Source of the DNA: Kofleriaceae bacterium
GTDB lineage: Bacteria > Myxococcota_A > Polyangia > Haliangiales > Haliangiaceae
Assembly: GCA_046597055.1 (NCBI GenBank)
Contig: JBKJLC010000266.1
Span: 1-11,625 of the forward strand
DNA: 11,625 nucleotides
Direction of reading: 5' to 3'
The position numbers and the translations under genes were made by a program. Under the pieces are notes generated by a model. It saw nothing but the letters and a program-made list of their open reading frames with translations. It made no database searches and was not told where the DNA came from. Positions 1 through 6,822 of this stretch are shown in pieces (positions within the stretch are counted from its first letter, which is position 1; the number at the start of each line of letters is the position of its first letter).

Positions 1-1860
1 GAGGCGCAGCAGAGCCGCGAGCGCCTGTTCCAGAACATCAGCCACGAGATCCGGACGCCGCTGTCGCTGATCCTGCTGTCGGTCGACTCGGTGATGACCG
101 CGCAGCGGGCCCGGCTCGAGGACGGCGCGGTCGAGCACCTGACCACCGTGACCACCAGTGCGCGCAAGCTGGTGCGGCTGGTCGACGAGCTGCTGCTGCT
201 GGCGGCCGGTCAGGATCGCGAGCTGCGGGTGACGCCGGTGCCGACCGATCTGCACCAGGCGCTCGGCGAGATCGTCGCCGGCTGGCGCCTGGCCGCCGAG
301 GTGGCCGGGCTGACGATCGTGCTCGCGGCGCCGCCCGACGTGGCGGCCCGGGTCGATCCGGTCGCGCTCGAGCGGGTGGTGTCCAACCTGCTGTCGAACG
401 CGCTCAAGTTCACGCCGACCGGCGGCACCATCACCGTGCAGGTCACGCCCGGCGACCCGATCGGGCTGTCGGTGTTCGATACCGGCTTCGGCATCGACGA
501 CGACCTGGCCAGCCGGTTGTTCGGCCGCTTCGAGCAGGGCACCACCGGCCGCGCCACCCGCGGTGGCAGCGGCATCGGCCTGTCGATCGTCCGCGAGCTG
601 GTGGGCGCTCACGGCGGCGAGGTCGGCTGCCGCCCCAACCCCGGCGGCGGCACCGAGTTCTGGCTGACGCTGCCGCCCTCGAAGGACGAGGCGGTGCGGC
701 CGGCGCCGCCGCCCCGCCTGATGCCCTCGGACTTCGGCATCGCGACCTCGCGCGAGGTCCCGGCCCCGTACCGGGCCCCGGCGGGTAACGCCCAGGCCGT
801 GATCGTCGTGGCCGAGGACGATCTGGCCCTGGCCGAGGCGATCGCGCGGCTGCTAGCCCTGGAGCACGTGGTCCACCTGGCCCACGACGGCATCTCGGCG
901 CTGGCGCTGGTGCAGCAGCACCGGCCCGACCTGGTCGTCACCGACGTGCAGATGCCGGGCCTGGACGGCGTCGAGCTGACCGAGCGGATCCAGGAGATCC
1001 CTGGCGGGCACGCGCCGCCCGTGCTGGTGCTGTCGGCGCGCGCCGATCTCGACAACCGGCTGGCCGGTCTGGCCGCGGGCGCCGTCGACTACCTGGTGAA
1101 GCCGTTCGACCCGGCCGAGCTGCGGGCCCGGGTGCGGACCCAGCTCGCCCACCGGGCGCTCGCGCAGCGCCTGTTCCGCGTCGAGAAGCTGGCCTCGCTG
1201 GGGTCGATGTCGGCCGGGCTCGCCCACGAGCTCCGCAATCCTGCCAATGGCATCGTCAACGCGATCGGACCGCTCAAGGAGCTGTTGCCGCCCGAACTGT
1301 TGAATCCGGATGAGCCAGTCGGTCAGCTCATCGACGTGATGGCCGAGTGTGCCGCCCAGGTCGCGTTCCTGTCGCGGCAGCTGCTCGGGGTTCGTCGGAG
1401 CGGCGACCTCGAGTTCAAGCGGATCCCGGTCGCCGACGCGGTGACCCGGGCCCTGTCCAACGCCTCGGCCGCCCTGGCCGGCGTGGAGCTGCGGACCCGC
1501 TACGACTACACCGGCATCGTGCGGTGCTCGCCGCCCATCATCACGCAGGTGCTGGTGAATTTGCTCGAGAACGGCGCCCACGCCGCCGGCAAGGGCGGCT
1601 GGGTCGAGCTGGCGGTCAACCGAGCCGAGGGCCACATCATCTTCGACGTCTCGGATAGCGGGCCCGGCGTCCAGGCCGACCTCCGTGAGCGAATCTTCGA
1701 GCCTTTCTTCACGACCAAGCCCCCCGGGCAGGGCACCGGGCTCGGCTTGTCGACTTCTCGCGAGTTGATCCACCGCCATGGGGGTACACTCGAGGTCCGC
1801 GTGCGGGGTGAACGAACCGTTTTTTCGGTCGAGATCCCTGAACCGCGGGAGGTGAGCTGA
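1..1860 (+). CDS. Hybrid histidine kinase, HisKA-HATPase-REC-HisKA-HATPase (5' end outside window)
   Basis: Frame is open from base 1 (EAQQSRERLFQNISHEIRTPL, an H-box), so the track start at 91 is not the real start. First HATPase: SNLLSNALKFT, DTGFGI, GSGIGL. REC: VVAEDD, TDVQMPGLDG, LSA, DYLVKPF. Second kinase: AHELRNP, NLLENG, DSGPG, FEPFFTTK, GTGLGL. Stop TGA at 1858-1860. Confidence 0.95.
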   Translation, partial: EAQQSRERLFQNISHEIRTPLSLILLSVDSVMTAQRARLEDGAVEHLTTVTTSARKLVRLVDELLLLAAGQDRELRVTPVPTDLHQALGEIVAGWRLAAEVAGLTIVLAAPPDVAARVDPVALERVVSNLLSNALKFTPTGGTITVQVTPGDPIGLSVFDTGFGIDDDLASRLFGRFEQGTTGRATRGGSGIGLSIVRELVGAHGGEVGCRPNPGGGTEFWLTLPPSKDEAVRPAPPPRLMPSDFGIATSREVPAPYRAPAGNAQAVIVVAEDDLALAEAIARLLALEHVVHLAHDGISALALVQQHRPDLVVTDVQMPGLDGVELTERIQEIPGGHAPPVLVLSARADLDNRLAGLAAGAVDYLVKPFDPAELRARVRTQLAHRALAQRLFRVEKLASLGSMSAGLAHELRNPANGIVNAIGPLKELLPPELLNPDEPVGQLIDVMAECAAQVAFLSRQLLGVRRSGDLEFKRIPVADAVTRALSNASAALAGVELRTRYDYTGIVRCSPPIITQVLVNLLENGAHAAGKGGWVELAVNRAEGHIIFDVSDSGPGVQADLRERIFEPFFTTKPPGQGTGLGLSTSRELIHRHGGTLEVRVRGERTVFSVEIPEPREVS

Positions 1861-3035
1861 TGACGACCGAGACCGGCCCCTTGGTGCTCTATGTCGATGA
1901 CGAGCGGCCCAATCGCATCGTCTTCGAGCGCGCATTCGCGGCGAAGTTCCGGGTGAAGGCCGTCGCCGACGGCAACGAGGCGCTCACCGTGCTGGCCCAG
2001 GAGCCGGTCGCGGTGCTGCTGACCGATCAGCGCATGCCGATCATGACCGGCGATGTTCTGCTCCGACGGGTCAAGCGCGACCACCCCGACGTGGTCCGGG
2101 TGGTGATGACGGCCTATGCCGACATCGAGCCGATCCTGGCCGCGATCAACGAAGGCCTGGTGGCCCGCTACATTCTGAAGCCGTGGGACCGCGAAGAGCT
2201 CGAGCAGCTGCTGCGCTGGGCGATCGCGGCCTGGCAGTTCTCGCGCGACTCGTCCGCGCTCCAGCACCGCCTGCTCGAGACCGAGCGGCTGGCCACGCTC
2301 GGCAGCATCGTCGGCGCGGTCATCCATGATCTCAATCAGCCGGTCGTCAGCATGCTCATGAACTGCGACCGCCTGGCCTACCTCGCCGAGGCGATTCCGA
2401 CCGTGGCCCGGGTGCTCGCCACGGCCGAGCTCACGGCGGCCGAGCGCGAGGTGACCGAAGACCTGTGCGCCGAGCTCGCCGAGATCACCGGCGAGCTCGC
2501 GGCCGGCGCCAACCACATGCGCGGCATGACCGCCGATCTGCACCAGTTCCTGCGCGGTGGCCGCCGCGAGGGCCCCGAGCTGACCGAGCCGGTCCCGGTG
2601 ATCCGGCACGCGCTCGGCGTCTGCCAGGACGTCGCGGTGCGCTCGCGCGGCTTCCTCCGGTACGACGGCCCCGACATGTTGCCCGCGATCCGGATCAGCT
2701 CGACCGAGCTGACCCAGGTCCTCATCAACGTCGTCACCAATGCCGCCCAGGCGGTCGGTGATCGGACGACCGGCCGGGGCACGGTCGTGGTCAGCGCCAC
2801 GGTTGACGCCGGCAACGTGAAGTTCGAGGTCAGCGACGACGGTGGCGGGATGCCACCCGACGTGCTCGAGCGCATCGGCACCCCGTTCTTCACGACCAAG
2901 CGGCAGGGCACCGGGCTCGGCGTCTCGCAGTGCCAGCGGCTCATCGGCAAGGCCGGCGGGACGTTCCGGATCGCGAGCGAGGTGGGCAGCGGTACGACCG
3001 TGACCTTCACGGTGCCGATGCGCGGCGACGCCTGA
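1860..3035 (+). CDS. Hybrid kinase/response regulator, REC-HisKA-HATPase
   Basis: REC: YVDDE, TDQRMP, MTAY, ILKPW. H-box IHDLNQP, N-box INVVTNAAQA, DDGGGM, PFFTTK, GTGLGV. The ATG overlaps the upstream stop (TGATG) and has GGAGGT at 1848-1853 in front. Confidence 0.95.
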   Translation: MTTETGPLVLYVDDERPNRIVFERAFAAKFRVKAVADGNEALTVLAQEPVAVLLTDQRMPIMTGDVLLRRVKRDHPDVVRVVMTAYADIEPILAAINEGLVARYILKPWDREELEQLLRWAIAAWQFSRDSSALQHRLLETERLATLGSIVGAVIHDLNQPVVSMLMNCDRLAYLAEAIPTVARVLATAELTAAEREVTEDLCAELAEITGELAAGANHMRGMTADLHQFLRGGRREGPELTEPVPVIRHALGVCQDVAVRSRGFLRYDGPDMLPAIRISSTELTQVLINVVTNAAQAVGDRTTGRGTVVVSATVDAGNVKFEVSDDGGGMPPDVLERIGTPFFTTKRQGTGLGVSQCQRLIGKAGGTFRIASEVGSGTTVTFTVPMRGDA

Positions 3036-3046
3036 CGCGCCGAGTC

Positions 3047-3080
3047 GCGGTCTGATGTCGTCAGCGGTCTGATGTCGTCA
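3047..3080. repeat. Perfect 2 x 17-bp tandem repeat GCGGTCTGATGTCGTCA
   Basis: Identical copies at 3047-3063 and 3064-3080, read directly. The last 3 nt of copy 2 are the stop codon of the minus-strand receiver gene. Confidence 0.95.
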
Positions 3081-3431
3081 GGAGTCGTTGGCGGTCGCGA
3101 GCTCTTTGACCGCATCGAGCAGCACCCGCAGCGAGACCGGCTTGCGCAGCGTCCGCTGCACGGACGGACCGTTGGTGACCGCGGACAGCACGCACACCGG
3201 GATCGACGCCAGGGTCGGATCCGCCTGCATCTGGGCCACGACCTGCCAGCCATCGACGTTGGGCATCATCAGATCGAGGAGCAGCAGCGTCGGGCGGGTC
3301 CCGCGCATCGCCCGCAGCGCCTCGGCGCCATCGCGCGCCGTGGCCACCTGGTAGCCGGCGTCGCGCAGCAGCTCGGCCGTGACCTCGCGAAGCGCGTCAT
3401 CGTCCTCCGCGAGCAGCACGGTCACGGCCAT
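3078..3431 (-). CDS. Single-domain response regulator (CheY-like receiver)
   Basis: 117 aa with LLAEDD, LLLDLMMPNVDG, VLSA and LRKPV. No output domain. GGAAAGG lies just upstream of the ATG. Confidence 0.93.
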   Translation of the reverse strand: MAVTVLLAEDDDALREVTAELLRDAGYQVATARDGAEALRAMRGTRPTLLLLDLMMPNVDGWQVVAQMQADPTLASIPVCVLSAVTNGPSVQRTLRKPVSLRVLLDAVKELATANDS

Positions 3432-3501
3432 GGCCTTTCCAGGACAGCATGCGCCCCCGCAGGGCGCAAGGTGTGCAATGTGGCACGCCCGCGACCATCA
3501 C

Positions 3502-3510
3502 TGATACTTT
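3502..3510 (+). promoter_or_regulatory. Candidate extended -10 element TGaTACTTT upstream of GT2 gene
   Basis: Matches TGnTAnnnT in an AT-richer patch of the 94-bp divergent intergenic region, 15 nt before ATG 3526. Motif match only. Confidence 0.35.
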
Positions 3511-3525
3511 GCGGTACAAGGGGCG

Positions 3526-4563
3526 ATGCTCGCCGAGGCGCCGCTGCCCACTGCCCCGCTGGCGCGCGGCCTGTCCGTGGTGATTCCCTGCTACCACAGC
3601 GAAGGCTCGCTGCCGCCGCTGGTCGCCGCGCTGCGGCCGGTCCTGGCCACCCTCGCGTCAGCCTGGGAGATCATCCTCGTCAACGACGCCAGCCGCGACC
3701 GCACCGGCGCGGTCGCCGCCGAGCTCGCCGCCGCGCATCCCGAGGTGACGGCGATCGAGCTCATGCGCAACTACGGCCAGCACGCCGCGCTCCTGTGCGG
3801 CGTCCGGGTCGCCCGCTACGACGTCGTCATCACGATGGACGACGACCTGCAGCATCCGCCGGCCGAGCTGCCGCGCCTGCTGGCCGCGCTGACCGCCGAC
3901 ATCGACGTCGTCTATGGCGCGCCCGACCAGGAACCCCACGGCCTGTTCCGTGGGGTGGCGTCGCGGGTGACCAAGTGGGTCCTGCAGGAGGCGATGGGCG
4001 CGACCGCGCGCAAGGTCAGCGCGCTGCGGGTGTTCCGTACCCGGCTGCGCGATGCGTTCGCCGACTTCCGCGGCGCGTTCGTGTCGCTCGACGTGCTGCT
4101 GACCTGGGGCACGCAGCGGTTCACCCACGTCGTGGTGCGCCACGATCCGCGGCGCATCGGTCACTCGAACTACACGTTCCGCAAGCTGGTCACGCACGCG
4201 CTCAACATGATGACCGGGTTCTCGACCATCCCGCTGCAGCTGGCGAGCTGGGTCGGCTTCCTGCTCACGGGCTTCGGCCTGGTCGTGCTCGGCTTCGTGC
4301 TGGTGCGCTACGTCGCGGACGGCGGCAGCGCCTCGCCGGGCTTCCCGTTCCTCGCCTGCATCGTGTCGGTGTTCTCGGGCGCCCAGCTGCTGTGCCTGGG
4401 AATCATGGGCGAGTACCTCGGGCGTGCGCACTTTCGCCTGCTCGACCGGCCGCCCTACGTGGTCCGCACGGTCGGACGGGGCGACGAGCCGGCACCGGCT
4501 CAGCCCGGCGCCGGCGACGCCGGCGAGCCCGGTGGCGAGCTGACCGACGCGCCGTTCGGATAG
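3526..4563 (+). CDS. GT2 polyprenyl-phosphate glycosyltransferase (ArnC/GtrB/DPM1-like) with two C-terminal TM helices
   Basis: SVVIPCY, ILVNDASRD, LMRNYGQHAALLCG, TMDDDLQHPP, RRIGHSNY, FSTIPL followed by two hydrophobic segments, then GIMGEYLGR and RPPYVV. Confidence 0.93.
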   Translation: MLAEAPLPTAPLARGLSVVIPCYHSEGSLPPLVAALRPVLATLASAWEIILVNDASRDRTGAVAAELAAAHPEVTAIELMRNYGQHAALLCGVRVARYDVVITMDDDLQHPPAELPRLLAALTADIDVVYGAPDQEPHGLFRGVASRVTKWVLQEAMGATARKVSALRVFRTRLRDAFADFRGAFVSLDVLLTWGTQRFTHVVVRHDPRRIGHSNYTFRKLVTHALNMMTGFSTIPLQLASWVGFLLTGFGLVVLGFVLVRYVADGGSASPGFPFLACIVSVFSGAQLLCLGIMGEYLGRAHFRLLDRPPYVVRTVGRGDEPAPAQPGAGDAGEPGGELTDAPFG

Positions 4564-5339
4564 AGCCGGGCGAAGCCGAGATCGCAGCCCAGCGCGACGA
4601 AGCCGAGCGCGAGGTGCAGGCGCATCGCGCCCAGGTTGGCCGCCGAGACCCGGGTGTCGATCGTGCGGGCGCCGCGATCGCGCAGGTCGGCCAGCACCCC
4701 GGTCCAGAACATCGGGGCCGCCAGCTCCGAGCCGGGCCGGGTCCCGCCGAGGTACAGCGCCACGGCGTCGCCGCGGATCCGGTAGGTCATGAGCGCGACG
4801 ATCGCGCCGGCGCGATCGCGGTGGACCAGGCACTCGTCACCGCGGGCGAAGGTGTCAGCGATCCAGCCGGCGTGGCGGGCCCGGGCGCGGTCGCGGTGGA
4901 CCCGGGGGTCCTCGTGGAAGCGCGAGTGGTCGAAAGCAGCGATCGCGATCGCGGACAGCGCGGGCAAGTCGGCGACGGTCGCGCGCTCGACCGGCACCCG
5001 CCGCCGGCCGATCGGACCGAGCGTGGTGAGGTCGGCCGGGATCGGCTCGAGCCGCAGCGGGTGCGAGGTCTCGACGAAGCGCCACGCCGCCTCCTGCAGG
5101 GCGAGCTTGGCGGCGCGATCGGTGGCCGGGATGCGGGTGATCGCCAGCCCGACCGCGCGCTCGGCGCACACCGCGTCGAAGCGGGCCAGGAGCGCCGGTA
5201 GCTCGGCGGACGCGCCGGTGAGGTCGAGGATCTCGGCGGTCGCGATCCCGAGCGACGCCTGGTCCCACGGGGTCGATCGCCAGGTGAGCGCGGCCCCGCC
5301 GACGGCGACAGTCTCGACGGCAGGATCGGCGACCGGCAC
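4500..5339 (-). CDS. WecD-like GNAT N-acyltransferase (putative dTDP-4-amino-4,6-dideoxygalactose acyltransferase)
   Basis: PWDQASLG, AFDHSRFHEDPR and TRVSAANLGAMRLHLALGF resemble WecD-family/GNAT motifs, and the gene is adjacent to wecE. Start is GTG 5339 or ATG 5348. The track's extension to 5576 only reads through the repeat element. Confidence 0.75.
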   Translation of the reverse strand: MPVADPAVETVAVGGAALTWRSTPWDQASLGIATAEILDLTGASAELPALLARFDAVCAERAVGLAITRIPATDRAAKLALQEAAWRFVETSHPLRLEPIPADLTTLGPIGRRRVPVERATVADLPALSAIAIAAFDHSRFHEDPRVHRDRARARHAGWIADTFARGDECLVHRDRAGAIVALMTYRIRGDAVALYLGGTRPGSELAAPMFWTGVLADLRDRGARTIDTRVSAANLGAMRLHLALGFVALGCDLGFARLYPNGASVSSPPGSPASPAPG

Positions 5340-5434
5340 GCCGCGCATGGTACCTAGAGGGCACGATGCGCGACAGGGCGCCCCTGGACTTCGAGCAGGT
5401 CGATCGGAACCGCATGGGTCCGGCTCGGTCCTCC

Positions 5435-5476
5435 CCCGTTCGCCCTGAGGGGGTTGCTCGAAATAGCTTCGAGAAC
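5435..5476. repeat. Partial third copy of the repeat end plus small hairpin
   Basis: CCCGTTCGCCCTGAG (5435-5449) is the exact reverse complement of 5594-5608. It is followed by the hairpin CTCGAA-atagc-TTCGAG (5457-5473). Confidence 0.8.
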
Positions 5477-5492
5477 GCGCGACTGCCGAGAT

Positions 5493-5607
5493 CCGTTCGT
5501 CCTGAGCCCGAGCGAGCGAAGCGAGCTCGGTGTCGAAGGACGGCCTCCACCCCGACGGACACCCGCCCTTCGACACGGCGCCTGCGGCGCCGGCTCAGGG
5601 CGAACGG
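5493..5607. repeat. REP/REPIN-like inverted doublet folding as a four-way junction
   Basis: 5493-5508 pairs with 5592-5607 (16 bp, one T.G). Hairpin CCGAGC-ga-GC-GAA-GC-ga-GCTCGG at 5508-5530. 5530-5543 pairs with 5563-5576 (14 bp, one mismatch). Hairpin GGCGCC-tgc-GGCGCC at 5577-5591. Confidence 0.85.
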
Positions 5608-5667
5608 GCATTGGCTGGTCTCGTGGTCGCGTGCCTGTTTCGATCAAACGTACGAGCGCAGCCGGCC

Positions 5668-6798
5668 GTGCTGACGCCCATCCCGTTCAACCGGCCCCAC
5701 CGCACCGGGCGCGAGGCGGCGCTGGTGGCCGAGGCGCTGGCGTCGGATCACTGGCGCGGCGACGGGCCGTTCACGCGGCGGGCCTCGAGCCTGCTGTCGG
5801 GGTTGCTGGGCGGCGCACCGGTGCTGCTGACCACCTCGTGCACGCACGCGCTGGAGATGGCGGCGCTGCTGCTCGAGCTCGGCCCGGGCGACGAGGTGAT
5901 CGTGCCGGCGTTCACGTTCGTGTCGACCGCCGGGGCGTTCGCGCTGCGCGGCGCGCGGGTGGTGTTCGCCGACATCGATCCGGCGACGCTCGACCTGGCG
6001 CCGGCGTCGGTGGCGGCGTGCGTGACCGCGCGGACCCGGGCGGTGGTCGCGGTCCACTACGCCGGGGTCGCGTGCGACGTCGAGGCGATCGCGGCCGCGG
6101 CGCCGCGCGCGGTCCTGATCGAGGACAACGCCCACGGCCTGTTCGGCAGCTGGCGCGGCCGGCCGCTCGGCAGCCTGGGCGCGCTGGCGACCCAGAGCTT
6201 CCACGACACCAAGAACCTCGGCTGTGGCGAGGGCGGCGCGCTGGTGATCAGCGACCCGGCCCTGCAGGCGCGCGCCGAGATCGTGCGCGAGAAGGGCACC
6301 GATCGCAGCCGCTTCTTCCGCGGTGAGGTCGACCGCTACACCTGGGTCGACCTCGGCTCGAGCTACTTGCCGTCGGACCTGCTGGCGGCGGTGCTGACCG
6401 CACAGCTCGAGGCGGCGGCGACGATCCAGGCCGCGCGTCACCACGTGTGGGCCCGCTACCACGCCGAGCTGGCCGACTGGGCCGACCGCGCCGGCGTGGT
6501 CCGCCCCCACCTGCCGGCGGGCGCCGCGCACCCGGCCCACATCTACTGGCTGCGCACGCGTGATCTCGACGCGCGGACCCGGCTGCTCGCGCACCTGCGA
6601 AAGGCCGGGGTGCACGCGACCTTTCATTACCAGCCGCTCCACCTGTCGGAGATGGGCCGGCGGCTCGGCGGTCAGCCCGGCGCGTGCCCGGTCACCGAGG
6701 CGGTCGCCGACGCGATGCTGCGGCTGCCGGTGTACGCCGATCTCGGGGATGCCGAGATCGACCGCGTGATCGCCGCGGTCACGTCGTTCAGGTCCTGA
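5668..6798 (+). CDS. wecE: dTDP-4-amino-4,6-dideoxygalactose transaminase (PLP-dependent, DegT/DnrJ/EryC1/StrS family)
   Basis: IPFNRP N-terminus, SCTHALEMAALLL, FTFVSTAGAFALRGA, VHYAG, SFHDTKN (PLP lysine), GEGGAL, and the WecE-type segment REKGTDRSRFFRGEVDRYTWVDLGSSYLPSD. Start placed at GTG 5668 by similarity to the known MIPFN start. Confidence 0.93.
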   Translation: MLTPIPFNRPHRTGREAALVAEALASDHWRGDGPFTRRASSLLSGLLGGAPVLLTTSCTHALEMAALLLELGPGDEVIVPAFTFVSTAGAFALRGARVVFADIDPATLDLAPASVAACVTARTRAVVAVHYAGVACDVEAIAAAAPRAVLIEDNAHGLFGSWRGRPLGSLGALATQSFHDTKNLGCGEGGALVISDPALQARAEIVREKGTDRSRFFRGEVDRYTWVDLGSSYLPSDLLAAVLTAQLEAAATIQAARHHVWARYHAELADWADRAGVVRPHLPAGAAHPAHIYWLRTRDLDARTRLLAHLRKAGVHATFHYQPLHLSEMGRRLGGQPGACPVTEAVADAMLRLPVYADLGDAEIDRVIAAVTSFRS

Positions 6799-6800
6799 CC

Positions 6801-6816
6801 GACCGCGCGCGCGGTC
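6801..6816. terminator. Perfect 16-bp palindrome GACCGCGCGCGCGGTC between convergent stops; possible bidirectional hairpin
   Basis: Fills most of the 24-nt gap between the wecE stop (6798) and the rfbA stop (6823). There is no U-tract, so terminator function is uncertain. Confidence 0.4.
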
Positions 6817-6822
6817 ACCGGT

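Noticed and set aside
3474..3495. Sigma-54 promoter (TGGCACG at 3481 on +; GGGCGTG...TTGCA on -)
   Set aside because: The plus strand has no TTGC at the -12 position. On the minus strand the GG-to-GC spacing is 11 rather than the required 10.
3072..5201. 709-aa plus-strand ORF and other long overlapping ORFs (e.g. 853-1935, 1506-2609, 3658-4833, 7710-9026, 8698-10128, 10841-11566)
   Set aside because: These are Arg/Ala/Pro/Gly-rich shadow or antisense frames of well-supported genes, expected in stop-poor high-GC DNA. They show no recognisable motifs.
5493..5607. tRNA or CRISPR interpretation of the cloverleaf/repeats
   Set aside because: Stems are too long, with no T-loop, D-loop or 7-nt anticodon loop. 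The repeats are inverted and not regularly spaced, and there are no cas genes.
5530..5667. N-terminal extensions of WecE (from 5530) and the GNAT (from 5576)
   Set aside because: Both begin at the symmetric GTGTCGAAGG arms of the repeat (MSKDG/MSKGG). Family similarity starts only at about 5668 and about 5339.
5354..5674. Small ORFs 5366-5674 (+) and 5354-5647 (-) in the wecD-wecE gap
   Set aside because: They are translations of the inverted repeat. Both strands give LRANG/LRTNG and RPST peptides, and there is no coding signature.
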